Source of the DNA: Magallana gigas
Taxonomy: Eukaryota
DNA: 64,000 nt
Reading direction: 5' to 3'
Assembly (NCBI RefSeq): GCF_963853765.1
Contig: NC_088854.1
Coordinates: 3,286,001-3,350,000 of the forward strand
In this document: in pieces, positions 49,819-64,000 of the stretch
Layout: every line of letters begins with the position of its first letter
Numbering within the stretch: the stretch's first letter is position 1
The notes under the pieces: model-generated
The model's input: the letters and a program-made list of their open reading frames with translations, nothing else
What the model was told of the DNA's origin: nothing
Databases searched by the model: none
Made by a program: the position numbers and the translations under genes

Positions 49819-51618
49819 ATGAACATGGCTGTTCCACCAGGAGGACCAATGGAGATCTGCTTCTCTTTTGATACTACTGGGTCGATGTCCAGTTCTATAA
49901 ACGCTGTAAAAGAAAATGTGCAAGAATTGATTCTACGACTACAGACGGACATACCCGGTCTTAGAATTGCTGTCTTCGCTCATGGTGATTATTGTGATAA
50001 AAACTCGTCATATGTCACCAAACACATTGACTTTTCAACCGATTTGAAAGAACTGTGTAACTGGGTGAAAAATGTTGAATCCACGGGTGGCGGCGATAGC
50101 GATGAATGTTATGAATTGGTGTTGCATGGGGTTCAAAGTCTATCGAGGACGCCGAGATCACAGAGAGCTCTGGTGATGATTGGAGATGCAAATCCGCATG
50201 GTGTAAATTACCCAGACAATAAATTGAGATTAGATTGGGAAGTGGAATTAGACAAATTGGCAGCAATGGTGAGTACTTTTATGCAATAATTAGAGTATAC
50301 ACGCTTTTGATGGTAAATTAATTTCGATCACTTATAATTCAAAGCAACATTAAAAGCAAAGCAGTTTAAATTTTGGCTCATAAACACTTTTCATCTCATT
50401 CAGAGTGTCCGCGTGTACGGTGTACAGTGCGGAGGTTCGGGCGATGAGAGAACCAAAAACTTCTACCAAACACTGGCCAACAAGACGGCGGGCAGACGAG
50501 TGGAGTTGGAGCAGTTTTCCAACTTATTTGATTTTATCATGGCTATTTGCTATAGAGAGCAAGGAGCAGAGTTTCTAGACCTCTATGAACAGGAAGTCCG
50601 TGCCAGAGATGCTAGAATGGGTCTCCATAAGGACGTACACGCTCTGTTCGGGGCTCTAAGAGAGGGAGAAGAAGAACCTTCAACTTCCTCGTCAACCGCA
50701 GAGAAGCCAAAGTCCAGAACACTTCCATTCAAGCCAGCTCTGAAAAAGAAACCTTCGCTCACAAAGGCTCATTCCATTACCAAACTGAAGAAAAACAGTT
50801 CCCTCATTCATAAAGTCAAGAAAACCATCGCCAAAAAGAAACCCAGCTCTGCAGTCGATAGAAAGAAGGCGAAACTCTTGGCCATTTCTTGTCAAAAGGT
50901 ACGTAGAAGTCTTTTTTCTTCTTCTTCTTCTTCTATTTCAGAATACACCCCATTAGATTGAAAATGTTTCTCGACCCTTAAAAGAACACTTTGGCTAACC
51001 AGAGGTTTTCTATTTATCGATCCAGCCTGCTCTCTTTTTCGGGATTCCTTGGCTGGCAAAAATATTTGTTGTATGACCACGCAGCTCTTTACCATTTGTG
51101 GTAAATTGTATTTCATAATATTTCAGATGAACGCTCTTAGAAAACTGAAGAGAGAAAACGTTCCGGACACGAACTTTTCTTTAAACAAAATACAGTGGTC
51201 CCCATGGGAACTAGTTATCTCTCCCACCAAACCAGAAAACGACTCTTTGTGGTCTGAAAGATACAGAGGAAGAAAGGGTTTCCGCAAAACCAGCGTCTGC
51301 GGAGGAAAGACTTTTCCTGCAGCTGTGTACGAGTTCTCTGTGAGGAAACTTTCCGATCCTAAACGCTACGTGACATACTGTAAATTGTCGTCAGGATTCA
51401 CCAAGACAAGGTGTTGGGAATCGAGACTTTTATCTCATTCTGACGTTCGATCCCAAGTCAACAAAATTGTTGCTTTAGGGTATTCCGTCTATGTACGACG
51501 ATGTTTGTTGAATGATTCTAACAAAGACACTGTCAGGAAATCATTACTTCGATATGACTATGCTTGGAAGCGAGTTACAAATGTTAGGGATTCGAAAAGA
51601 GATATATCAGTAGCATAA
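49819..51618 (+). CDS. Array copy 7: intact 478-aa gene
   Basis: Exons 49819-50268, 50404-50898, 51127-51618. Carries E->G, W->R and P->H variants. Confidence 0.87.
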
Positions 51619-53833
51619 TTTCTGTCATGTTATTTATTCTATGTCGTTTCTTTAGTACTTGTGTTGCGTTTTTATATCAGAATATTGATTCTGAAGTTGT
51701 TGTTGTTTTTCAAATAAAACAAATATGAATGCACCTCTTACTTATGTCACTTTACAAATTTCACGACATGCCACTTGTATATTTTAAGCTTCTTAAAGTA
51801 AAATAGTTCATGAAATATATCAAGTAAGGAATTGAATTGAAAATTGAATAGCATTGCAATTGTGAAAATCAGAAGTGAAGTGCAAACCTTACGGCATTGA
51901 CAAAAGGGTGGCATCGCAAGGGAATCTTCAAGATTCAAAGGGGAACTAATATAACACGAAATGCCGGTCAACTGTTGACCGGTAGAATTCTGACATTGAC
52001 AGCCACGGCGTGCTATTAGTAGGGATTGTAAACATTTTGCAGTAATAAGACTGGGTAAGCTTGGCAAAGCTAAAAAAAATGAAAATTTGGCGAAATATTA
52101 AAGGATCAATATCTCACAAAAATCAAAGTTTTGCAAATTGTTCACATCTTGTCAGTAATTTTCCACAAAGATTGGTTTTAGATTCCTTAAAGAGAAAAAC
52201 ACAGATGTGTTTCTGCTGAATGTAAGTATGCAGAAATGATTCTAGTCACAGTATTTAAAGAAAACTGTACTCGTTATAGTAACTTGCTTAAATATCTGTC
52301 CCGTGTTACCTTAAAGTGTTGTTTTGAAACACACACGTAAATTTTGAATTGCGTCGAGGAAATATTAATTTCATTATTATTAGGCAAAATTCACTTGAAC
52401 TACCAATCAATTGAAACTGCGTGACTATACTGAGATTACAGTTCTTTGAAATGCAAACAAGGATCGCTCCATGTTTTTTTTTAATTCAAACTTTCATGTC
52501 CAAATTATTCACATTTTCTCATATACTTAGTTTACAGTGCATACACATCACATATTCACTTCATTTAAGATATAAGTATGAACACAGTCACATACCGAAG
52601 ATAAAAATGCACATGTACAGACAAGTGTATACAGCGACAAACAGACATATATGCACAAACAATCTCGAATACTTTATTTATCAACCATGGAAGTTTGCGT
52701 ATTTTTAGTTAAGAGGTGGGTGGGGGAGAGGGGGACACTATCTATCAAAAGTCATACATATGCAAAAGGATACATAATAGTATACTCATATTTTCTTTTG
52801 CTATAATTTGATTACAATATCCTTGCAGCTATTATAAACAGTTTATAACAAATCACAAATAGTTTGCCAATACTTTTCATACTCAGCAAATTTACAATTC
52901 CTAAGTACAGTAGTTTCTCAAGATGTATTCTATCAGTGACAGTTCGTTTTAACATGAGCGTCGAGAGGTTTGGGACATTCTTAAACTTACTGGCAAAAAT
53001 AAATTGTTTTACTGTAAGAATCGCTCCATGTTAATGTTCATGTTAATGGCATGTTGAAAATAACTTGGTTCAAATCCTTTATTTTTCGATTGGTGACTCA
53101 AAATGAACTTAAAGTGCTTGTCATATGGCATATGTATTAAACGTATGTACGATGCTCTCTATTCCGCTCTTTCTGTATAAGTAAAGAAAAACGTGGCACC
53201 AACCTTGTTCGCAACACAAACCATTATCTATAGCGTACTTGCATCTCTCCTGTATCTCGAAGGTTTGGTCGACTAACTTGAAATTTAAATAGTTACATTT
53301 TAGGTTTGCATTTTAACACCAAACGAAGTGTTCGACAAAAACACTACTTCTCAGTACCAAAACGTTATTCTGACAGCACTTATCGGTACAAAAAACCCCA
53401 TTTAGACAAAATTACGCATAATACCAAAATATTATGAATTCACAAAAGGCTTAAAAAGTCAAATAAAATGGGCATTTTTCTTACAAGAACTGATTAATCT
53501 TAACAGGCCAATAAATGTTGGCGAACTATTTTTATTAGTTAATCAAGAATTCTTGCTATGTTTGCTGTGCTTTTGACTACATCACTGTAAAAAAAACTTA
53601 AAATAAGTTAACTGCACGTTAATTTTCCAAAATGTATTGAAAGGCTTTAAAATGTGCATAGCAAAGATCGTCAGCAAAAATCTATGTTAAATGTATCGCC
53701 AGTCTATCTTATCCCAAAATCGCCAGTCTTCCCCATGCACGAGCTCGAGACAGGAATCGCGAGTCTTCACCCCGAATGTATATAAACTCGTGCGGATACA
53801 GAACATTCATATCCACAGAAATACCCTGATCAA

Positions 53834-55633
53834 ATGAACATGGCTGTTCCACCAGGAGGACCAATGGAGATCTGCTTCTCTTTTGATACTACTGGGTCGA
53901 TGTCCAGTTCTATAAACGCTGTAAAAGAAAATGTGCAAGAATTGATTCTACGACTACAGACGGACATACCCGGTCTTAGAATTGCTGTCTTCGCTCATGG
54001 TGATTATTGTGATAAAAACTCGTCATATGTCACCAAACACATTGACTTTTCAACCGATTTGAAAGAACTGTGTAACTGGGTGAAAAATGTTGAATCCACG
54101 GGTGGCGGCGATAGCGATGAATGTTATGAATTGGTGTTGCATGGGGTTCAAAGTCTATCGTGGACGCCGAGATCACAGAGAGCTCTGGTGATGATTGGAG
54201 ATGCAAATCCGCATGGTGTAAATTACCCAGACAATAAATTGAGATTAGATTGGGAAGTGGAATTAGACAAATTGGCAGCAATGGTGAGTACTTTTATGCA
54301 ATAATTAGAGTATACACGCTTTTGATGGTAAATTAATTTCGATCACTTATAATTCAAAGCAACATTAAAAGCAAAGCAGTTTAAATTTTGGCTCATAAAC
54401 ACTTTTCATCTCATTCAGAGTGTCCGCGTGTACGGTGTACAGTGCGGAGGTTCGGGCGATGAGAGAACCAAAAACTTCTACCAAACACTGGCCAACAAGA
54501 CGGCGGGCAGACGAGTGGAGTTGGAGCAGTTTTCCAACTTATTTGATTTTATCATGGCTATTTGCTATAGAGAGCAAGGAGCAGAGTTTCTAGACCTCTA
54601 TGAACAGGAAGTCCGTGCCAGAGATGCTAGAATGGGTCTCCATAAGGACGTACACGCTCTGTTCGGGGCTCTAAGAGAGGGAGAAGAAGAACCTTCAACT
54701 TCCTCGTCAACCGCAGAGAAGCCAAAGTCCAGAACACTTCCATTCAAGCCAGCTCTGAAAAAGAAACCTTCGCTCACAAAGGCTCCTTCCATTACCAAAC
54801 TGAAGAAAAACAGTTCCCTCATTCATAAAGTCAAGAAAACCATCGCCAAAAAGAAACCCAGCTCTGCAGTCGATAGAAAGAAGGCGAAACTCTTGGCCAT
54901 TTCTTGTCAAAAGGTACGTAGAAGTCTTTTTTCTTCTTCTTCTTCTTCTATTTCAGAATACACCCCATTAGATTGAAAATGTTTCTCGACCCTTAAAAGA
55001 ACACTTTGGCTAACCAGAGGTTTTCTATTTATCGATCCAGCCTGCTCTCTTTTTCGGGATTCCTTGGCTGGCAAAAATATTTGTTGTATGACCACGCAGC
55101 TCTTTACCATTTGTGGTAAATTGTATTTCATAATATTTCAGATGAACGCTCTTAGAAAACTGAAGAGAGAAAACGTTCCGGACACGAACTTTTCTTTAAA
55201 CAAAATACAGTGGTCCCCATGGGAACTAGTTATCTCTCCCACCAAACCAGAAAACGACTCTTTGTGGTCTGAAAGATACAGAGGAAGAAAGGGTTTCCGC
55301 AAAACCAGCGTCTGCGGAGGAAAGACTTTTCCTGCAGCTGTGTACGAGTTCTCTGTGAGGAAACTTTCCGATCCTAAACGCTACGTGACATACTGTAAAT
55401 TGTCGTCAGGATTCACCAAGACAAGGTGTTGGGAATCGAGACTTTTATCTCATTCTGACGTTCGATCCCAAGTCAACAAAATTGTTGCTTTAGGGTATTC
55501 CGTCTATGTACGACGATGTTTGTTGAATGATTCTAACAAAGACACTGTCAGGAAATCATTACTTCGATATGACTATGCTTGGAAGCGAGTTACAAATGTT
55601 AGGGATTCGCAAAGAGATATATCAGTAGCATAA
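53834..55633 (+). CDS. Array copy 8: intact 478-aa gene
   Basis: Exons 53834-54283, 54419-54913, 55142-55633. Confidence 0.88.
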
Positions 55634-57849
55634 TTTCTGTCATGTTATTTATTCTATGTCGTTTCTTTAGTACTTGTGTTGCGTTTTTATATCAGAATAT
55701 TGATTCTGAAGTTGTTGTTGTTTTTCAAATAAAACAAATATGAATGCACCTCTTACTTATGTCACTTTACAAATTTCACGACATGCCACTGGTATATTTT
55801 AAGCTTCTTAAAGTAAAATAGTTCATGAAATATATCAAGTAAGGAATTGAATTGAAAATTGAATAGCATTGCAATTGTGAAAATCAGAAGTGAAGTGCAA
55901 ACCTTACGGCATTGACAAAAGGGTGGCATCGCAAGGGAATCTTCAAGATTCAAAGGGGAACTAATATAACACGAAATGCCGGTCAACTGTTGACCGGTAG
56001 AATTCTGACATTGACAGCCACGGCGTGCTATTAGTAGGGATTGTAAACATTTTGCAGTAATAAGACTGGGTAAGCTTGGCAAAGCTAAAAAAAAATGAAA
56101 ATTTGGCGAAATATTAAAGGATCAATATCTCACAAAAATCAAAGTTTTGCAAATTGTTCACATCTTGTCAGTAATTTTCCACAAAGATTGGTTTTAGATT
56201 CTTTAAAGAGAAAAACACAGATGTGTTTCTGCTGAATGTAAGTATGCAGAAATGATTCTAGTCACAGTATTTAAAGAAAACTGTACTCGTTATAGTAACT
56301 TGCTTAAATATCTGTCCCGTGTTACCTTAAAGTGTTGTTTTGAAACACACACGTAAATTTTGAATTGCGTCGAGGAAATATTAATTTCATTATTATTAGG
56401 CAAAATTCACTTGAACTACCAATCAATTGAAACTGCGTGACTATACTGAGATTACAGTTCTTTGAAATGCAAACAAGGATCGCTCCATGTTTTTTTTTAA
56501 TTCAAACTTTCATGTCCAAATTATTCACATTTTCTCATATACTTAGTTTACAGTGCATACACATCACATATTCACTTCATTTAAGATATAAGTATGAACA
56601 CAGTCACATACCGAAGATAAAAATGCACATGTACAGACAAGTGTATACAGCGACAAACAGACATATATGCACAAACAATCTCGAATACTTTATTTATCAA
56701 CCATGGAAGTTTGCGTATTTTTAGTTAAGAGGTGGGTGGGGGAGAGGGGGACACTATCTATCAAAAGTCATACATATGCAAAAGGATACATAATAGTATA
56801 CTCATATTTTCTTTTGCTATAATTTGATTACAATATCCTTGCAGCTATTATAAACAGTTTATAACAAATCACAAATAGTTTGCCAATACTTTTCATACTC
56901 AGCAAATTTACAATTCCTAAGTACAGTAGTTTCTCAAGATGTATTCTATCAGTGACAGTTCGTTTTAACATGAGCGTCGAGAGGTTTGGGACATTCTTAA
57001 ACTTACTGGCAAAAATAAATTGTTTTACTGTAAGAATCGCTCCATGTTAATGTTCATGTTAATGGCATGTTGAAAATAACTTGGTTCAAATCCTTTATTT
57101 TTCGATTGGTGACTCAAAATGAACTTAAAGTGCTTGTCATATGGCATATGTATTAAACGTATGTACGATGCTCTCTATTCCGCTCTTTCTGTATAAGTAA
57201 AGAAAAACGTGGCACCAACCTTGTTCGCAACACAAACCATTATCTATAGCGTACTTGCATCTCTCCTGTATCTCGAAGGTTTGGTCGACTAACTTGAAAT
57301 TTAAATAGTTACATTTTAGGTTTGCATTTTAACACCAAACGAAGTGTTCGACAAAAACACTACTTCTCAGTACCAAAACGTTATTCTGACAGCACTTATC
57401 GGTACAAAAAACCCCATTTAGACAAAATTACGCATAATACCAAAATATTATGAATTCACAAAAGGCTTAAAAAGTCAAATAAAATGGGCATTTTTCTTAC
57501 AAGAACTGATTAATCTTAACAGGCCAATAAATGTTGGCGAACTATTTTTATTAGTTAATCAAGAATTCTTGCTATGTTTGCTGTGCTTTTGACTACATCA
57601 CTGTAAAAAAAACTTAAAATAAGTTAACTGCACGTTAATTTTCCAAAATGTATTGAAAGGCTTTAAAATGTGCATAGCAAAGATCGTCAGCAAAAATCTA
57701 TGTTAAATGTATCGCCAGTCTATCTTATCCCAAAATCGCCAGTCTTCCCCATGCACGAGCTCGAGACAGGAATCGCGAGTCTTCACCCCGAATGTATATA
57801 AACTCGTGCGGATACAGAACATTCATATCCACAGAAATACCCTGATCAA

Positions 57850-59649
57850 ATGAACATGGCTGTTCCACCAGGAGGACCAATGGAGATCTGCTTCTCTTTT
57901 GATACTACTGGGTCGATGTCCAGTTCTATAAACGCTGTAAAAGAAAATGTGCAAGAATTGATTCTACGACTACAGACGGACATACCCGGTCTTAGAATTG
58001 CTGTCTTCGCTCATGGTGATTATTGTGATAAAAACTCGTCATATGTCACCAAACACATTGACTTTTCAACCGATTTGAAAGAACTGTGTAACTGGGTGAA
58101 AAATGTTGAATCCACGGGTGGCGGCGATAGCGATGAATGTTATGAATTGGTGTTGCATGGGGTTCAAAGTCTATCGTGGACGCCGAGATCACAGAGAGCT
58201 CTGGTGATGATTGGAGATGCAAATCCGCATGGTGTAAATTACCCAGACAATAAATTGAGATTAGATTGGGAAGTGGAATTAGACAAATTGGCAGCAATGG
58301 TGAGTACTTTTATGCAATAATTAGAGTATACACGCTTTTGATGGTAAATTAATTTCGATCACTTATAATTCAAAGCAACATTAAAAGCAAAGCAGTTTAA
58401 ATTTTGGCTCATAAACACTTTTCATCTCATTCAGAGTGTCCGCGTGTACGGTGTACAGTGCGGAGGTTCGGGCGATGAGAGAACCAAAAACTTCTACCAA
58501 ACACTGGCCAACAAGACGGCGGGCAGACGAGTGGAGTTGGAGCAGTTTTCCAACTTATTTGATTTTATCATGGCTATTTGCTATAGAGAGCAAGGAGCAG
58601 AGTTTCTAGACCTCTATGAACAGGAAGTCCGTGCCAGAGATGCTAGAATGGGTCTCCATAAGGACGTACACGCTCTGTTCGGGGCTCTAAGAGAGGGAGA
58701 AGAAGAACCTTCAACTTCCTCGTCAACCGCAGAGAAGCCAAAGTCCAGAACACTTCCATTCAAGCCAGCTCTGAAAAAGAAACCTTCGCTCACAAAGGCT
58801 CCTTCCATTACCAAACTGAAGAAAAACAGTTCCCTCATTCATAAAGTCAAGAAAACCATCGCCAAAAAGAAACCCAGCTCTGCAGTCGATAGAAAGAAGG
58901 CGAAACTCTTGGCCATTTCTTGTCAAAAGGTACGTAGAAGTCTTTTTTCTTCTTCTTCTTCTTCTATTTCAGAATACACCCCATTAGATTGAAAATGTTT
59001 CTCGACCCTTAAAAGAACACTTTGGCTAACCAGAGGTTTTCTATTTATCGATCCAGCCTGCTCTCTTTTTCGGGATTCCTTGGCTGGCAAAAATATTTGT
59101 TGTATGACCACGCAGCTCTTTACCATTTGTGGTAAATTGTATTTCATAATATTTCAGATGAACGCTCTTAGAAAACTGAAGAGAGAAAACGTTCCGGACA
59201 CGAACTTTTCTTTAAACAAAATACAGTGGTCCCCATGGGAACTAGTTATCTCTCCCACCAAACCAGAAAACGACTCTTTGTGGTCTGAAAGATACAGAGG
59301 AAGAAAGGGTTTCCGCAAAACCAGCGTCTGCGGAGGAAAGACTTTTCCTGCAGCTGTGTACGAGTTCTCTGTGAGGAAACTTTCCGATCCTAAACGCTAC
59401 GTGACATACTGTAAATTGTCGTCAGGATTCACCAAGACAAGGTGTTGGGAATCGAGACTTTTATCTCATTCTGACGTTCGATCCCAAGTCAACAAAATTG
59501 TTGCTTTAGGGTATTCCGTCTATGTACGACGATGTTTGTTGAATGATTCTAACAAAGACACTGTCAGGAAATCATTACTTCGATATGACTATGCTTGGAA
59601 GCGAGTTACAAATGTTAGGGATTCGCAAAGAGATATATCAGTAGCATAA
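57850..59649 (+). CDS. Array copy 9: intact 478-aa gene
   Basis: Exons 57850-58299, 58435-58929, 59158-59649. Confidence 0.88.
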
Positions 59650-61865
59650 TTTCTGTCATGTTATTTATTCTATGTCGTTTCTTTAGTACTTGTGTTGCGT
59701 TTTTATATCAGAATATTGATTCTGAAGTTGTTGTTGTTTTTCAAATAAAACAAATATGAATGCACCTCTTACTTATGTCACTTTACAAATTTCACGACAT
59801 GCCACTGGTATATTTTAAGCTTCTTAAAGTAAAATAGTTCATGAAATATATCAAGTAAGGAATTGAATTGAAAATTGAATAGCATTGCAATTGTGAAAAT
59901 CAGAAGTGAAGTGCAAACCTTACGGCATTGACAAAAGGGTGGCATCGCAAGGGAATCTTCAAGATTCAAAGGGGAACTAATATAACACGAAATGCCGGTC
60001 AACTGTTGACCGGTAGAATTCTGACATTGACAGCCACGGCGTGCTATTAGTAGGGATTGTAAACATTTTGCAGTAATAAGACTGGGTAAGCTTGGCAAAG
60101 CTAAAAAAAAATGAAAATTTGGCGAAATATTAAAGGATCAATATCTCACAAAAATCAAAGTTTTGCAAATTGTTCACATCTTGTCAGTAATTTTCCACAA
60201 AGATTGGTTTTAGATTCTTTAAAGAGAAAAACACAGATGTGTTTCTGCTGAATGTAAGTATGCAGAAATGATTCTAGTCACAGTATTTAAAGAAAACTGT
60301 ACTCGTTATAGTAACTTGCTTAAATATCTGTCCCGTGTTACCTTAAAGTGTTGTTTTGAAACACACACGTAAATTTTGAATTGCGTCGAGGAAATATTAA
60401 TTTCATTATTATTAGGCAAAATTCACTTGAACTACCAATCAATTGAAACTGCGTGACTATACTGAGATTACAGTTCTTTGAAATGCAAACAAGGATCGCT
60501 CCATGTTTTTTTTTAATTCAAACTTTCATGTCCAAATTATTCACATTTTCTCATATACTTAGTTTACAGTGCATACACATCACATATTCACTTCATTTAA
60601 GATATAAGTATGAACACAGTCACATACCGAAGATAAAAATGCACATGTACAGACAAGTGTATACAGCGACAAACAGACATATATGCACAAACAATCTCGA
60701 ATACTTTATTTATCAACCATGGAAGTTTGCGTATTTTTAGTTAAGAGGTGGGTGGGGGAGAGGGGGACACTATCTATCAAAAGTCATACATATGCAAAAG
60801 GATACATAATAGTATACTCATATTTTCTTTTGCTATAATTTGATTACAATATCCTTGCAGCTATTATAAACAGTTTATAACAAATCACAAATAGTTTGCC
60901 AATACTTTTCATACTCAGCAAATTTACAATTCCTAAGTACAGTAGTTTCTCAAGATGTATTCTATCAGTGACAGTTCGTTTTAACATGAGCGTCGAGAGG
61001 TTTGGGACATTCTTAAACTTACTGGCAAAGATAAATTGTTTTACTGTAAGAATCGCTCCATGTTAATGTTCATGTTAATGGCATGTTGAAAATAACTTGG
61101 TTCAAATCCTTTATTTTTCGATTGGTGACTCAAAATGAACTTAAAGTGCTTGTCATATGGCATATGTATTAAACGTATGTACGATGCTCTCTATTCCGCT
61201 CTTTCTGTATAAGTAAAGAAAAACGTGGCACCAACCTTGTTCGCAACACAAACCATTATCTATAGCGTACTTGCATCTCTCCTGTATCTCGAAGGTTTGG
61301 TCGACTAACTTGAAATTTAAATAGTTACATTTTAGGTTTGCATTTTAACACCAAACGAAGTGTTCGACAAAAACACTACTTCTCAGTACCAAAACGTTAT
61401 TCTGACAGCACTTATCGGTACAAAAAACCCCATTTAGACAAAATTACGCATAATACCAAAATATTATGAATTCACAAAAGGCTTAAAAAGTCAAATAAAA
61501 TGGGCATTTTTCTTACAAGAACTGATTAATCTTAACAGGCCAATAAATGTTGGCGAACTATTTTTATTAGTTAATCAAGAATTCTTGCTATGTTTGCTGT
61601 GCTTTTGACTACATCACTGTAAAAAAAACTTAAAATAAGTTAACTGCACGTTAATTTTCCAAAATGTATTGAAAGGCTTTAAAATGTGCATAGCAAAGAT
61701 CGTCAGCAAAAATCTATGTTAAATGTATCGCCAGTCTATCTTATCCCAAAATCGCCAGTCTTCCCCATGCACGAGCTCGAGACAGGAATCGCGAGTCTTC
61801 ACCCCGAATGTATATAAACTCGTGCGGATACAGAACATTCATATCCACAGAAATACCCTGATCAA

Positions 61866-63665
61866 ATGAACATGGCTGTTCCACCAGGAGGACCAATGGA
61901 GATCTGCTTCTCTTTTGATACTACTGGGTCGATGTCCAGTTCTATAAACGCTGTAAAAGAAAATGTGCAAGAATTGATTCTACGACTACAGACGGACATA
62001 CCCGGTCTTAGAATTGCTGTCTTCGCTCATGGTGATTATTGTGATAAAAACTCGTCATATGTCACCAAACACATTGACTTTTCAACCGATTTGAAAGAAC
62101 TGTGTAACTGGGTGAAAAATGTTGAATCCACGGGTGGCGGCGATAGCGATGAATGTTATGAATTGGTGTTGCATGGGGTTCAAAGTCTATCGTGGACGCC
62201 GAGATCACAGAGAGCTCTGGTGATGATTGGAGATGCAAATCCGCATGGTGTAAATTACCCAGACAATAAATTGAGATTAGATTGGGAAGTGGAATTAGAC
62301 AAATTGGCAGCAATGGTGAGTACTTTTATGCAATAATTAGAGTATACACGCTTTTGATGGTAAATTAATTTCGATCACTTATAATTCAAAGCAACATTAA
62401 AAGCAAAGCAGTTTAAATTTTGGCTCATAAACACTTTTCATCTCATTCAGAGTGTCCGCGTGTACGGTGTACAGTGCGGAGGTTCGGGCGATGAGAGAAC
62501 CAAAAACTTCTACCAAACACTGGCCAACAAGACGGCGGGCAGACGAGTGGAGTTGGAGCAGTTTTCCAACTTATTTGATTTTATCATGGCTATTTGCTAT
62601 AGAGAGCAAGGAGCAGAGTTTCTAGACCTCTATGAACAGGAAGTCCGTGCCAGAGATGCTAGAATGGGTCTCCATAAGGACGTACACGCTCTGTTCGGGG
62701 CTCTAAGAGAGGGAGAAGAAGAACCTTCAACTTCCTCGTCAACCGCAGAGAAGCCAAAGTCCAGAACACTTCCATTCAAGCCAGCTCTGAAAAAGAAACC
62801 TTCGCTCACAAAGGCTCCTTCCATTACCAAACTGAAGAAAAACAGTTCCCTCATTCATAAAGTCAAGAAAACCATCGCCAAAAAGAAACCCAGCTCTGCA
62901 GTCGATAGAAAGAAGGCGAAACTCTTGGCCATTTCTTGTCAAAAGGTACGTAGAAGTCTTTTTTCTTCTTCTTCTTCTTCTATTTCAGAATACACCCCAT
63001 TAGATTGAAAATGTTTCTCGACCCTTAAAAGAACACTTTGGCTAACCAGAGGTTTTCTATTTATCGATCCAGCCTGCTCTCTTTTTCGGGATTCCTTGGC
63101 TGGCAAAAATATTTGTTGTATGACCACGCAGCTCTTTACCATTTGTGGTAAATTGTATTTCATAATATTTCAGATGAACGCTCTTAGAAAACTGAAGAGA
63201 GAAAACGTTCCGGACACGAACTTTTCTTTAAACAAAATACAGTGGTCCCCATGGGAACTAGTTATCTCTCCCACCAAACCAGAAAACGACTCTTTGTGGT
63301 CTGAAAGATACAGAGGAAGAAAGGGTTTCCGCAAAACCAGCGTCTGCGGAGGAAAGACTTTTCCTGCAGCTGTGTACGAGTTCTCTGTGAGGAAACTTTC
63401 CGATCCTAAACGCTACGTGACATACTGTAAATTGTCGTCAGGATTCACCAAGACAAGGTGTTGGGAATCGAGACTTTTATCTCATTCTGACGTTCGATCC
63501 CAAGTCAACAAAATTGTTGCTTTAGGGTATTCCGTCTATGTACGACGATGTTTGTTGAATGATTCTAACAAAGACACTGTCAGGAAATCATTACTTCGAT
63601 ATGACTATGCTTGGAAGCGAGTTACAAATGTTAGGGATTCGCAAAGAGATATATCAGTAGCATAA
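61866..63665 (+). CDS. Array copy 10: intact 478-aa gene
   Basis: Exons 61866-62315, 62451-62945, 63174-63665. Confidence 0.88.
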
Positions 63666-64000
63666 TTTCTGTCATGTTATTTATTCTATGTCGTTTCTTT
63701 AGTACTTGTGTTGCGTTTTTATATCAGAATATTGATTCTGAAGTTGTTGTTGTTTTTCAAATAAAACAAATATGAATGCACCTCTTACTTATGTCACTTT
63801 ACAAATTTCACGACATGCCACTGGTATATTTTAAGCTTCTTAAAGTAAAATAGTTCATGAAATATATCAAGTAAGGAATTGAATTGAAAATTGAATAGCA
63901 TTGCAATTGTGAAAATCAGAAGTGAAGTGCAAACCTTACGGCATTGACAAAAGGGTGGCATCGCAAGGGAATCTTCAAGATTCAAAGGGGAACTAATATA

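Larger units (their letters stand above)
13640..64000 (+). repeat. Head-to-tail tandem gene array, unit ~4,015-4,016 bp; 10 gene copies in the window; continues past the right edge
   Basis: ATG positions 14696, 18653, 21934, 34571, 37853, 45804, 49819, 53834, 57850, 61866. The last five are spaced 4015, 4015, 4016 and 4016 bp with near-identical spacers. A diverged partial spacer starts at ~13640. Confidence 0.97.

Noticed and set aside
44323-64000. The 4-kb unit as a Penelope-like or Helitron tandem
   Set aside because: No RT, Rep or helicase, and no terminal hairpin, TIR or pseudo-LTR found in the unit; it has spliceosomal introns and a Pol II promoter like a host gene.

Overview
AT-rich, intron-containing animal DNA. 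The repeat types suggest a bivalve (oyster-like) genome, which is my inference and was not tested. Positions 1-13.6 kb hold the first coding exon of an NAD(P)H-dependent FMN/quinone reductase-like gene (minus strand), the 3' part of a multi-exon sushi/HYR/EGF (SVEP1-like) gene (minus strand) and many small non-autonomous transposons. From ~13.6 kb to the window end is a head-to-tail array of a ~4.0-kb unit, with 10 gene copies visible. Each intact unit has its own TATA/Inr promoter and a 3-exon gene for a ~478-aa protein: N-terminal vWA (MIDAS) domain, Lys/Ser-rich linker, and a C-terminal domain whose motifs resemble the plant ET/HRT-type GIY-YIG-like domain. Seven copies are intact, two carry an in-frame deletion that removes the vWA domain, and the edge copy is frameshifted. 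One spacer took a TSD-less 939-bp TIR element and a 5'-truncated L1/Tx1 LINE. An 11,225-bp block was then duplicated, and one of the two copies carries a 4,694-bp Helentron-type (HINE) insertion whose empty site is visible in the other. All domain and family calls are by eye, without database searches.
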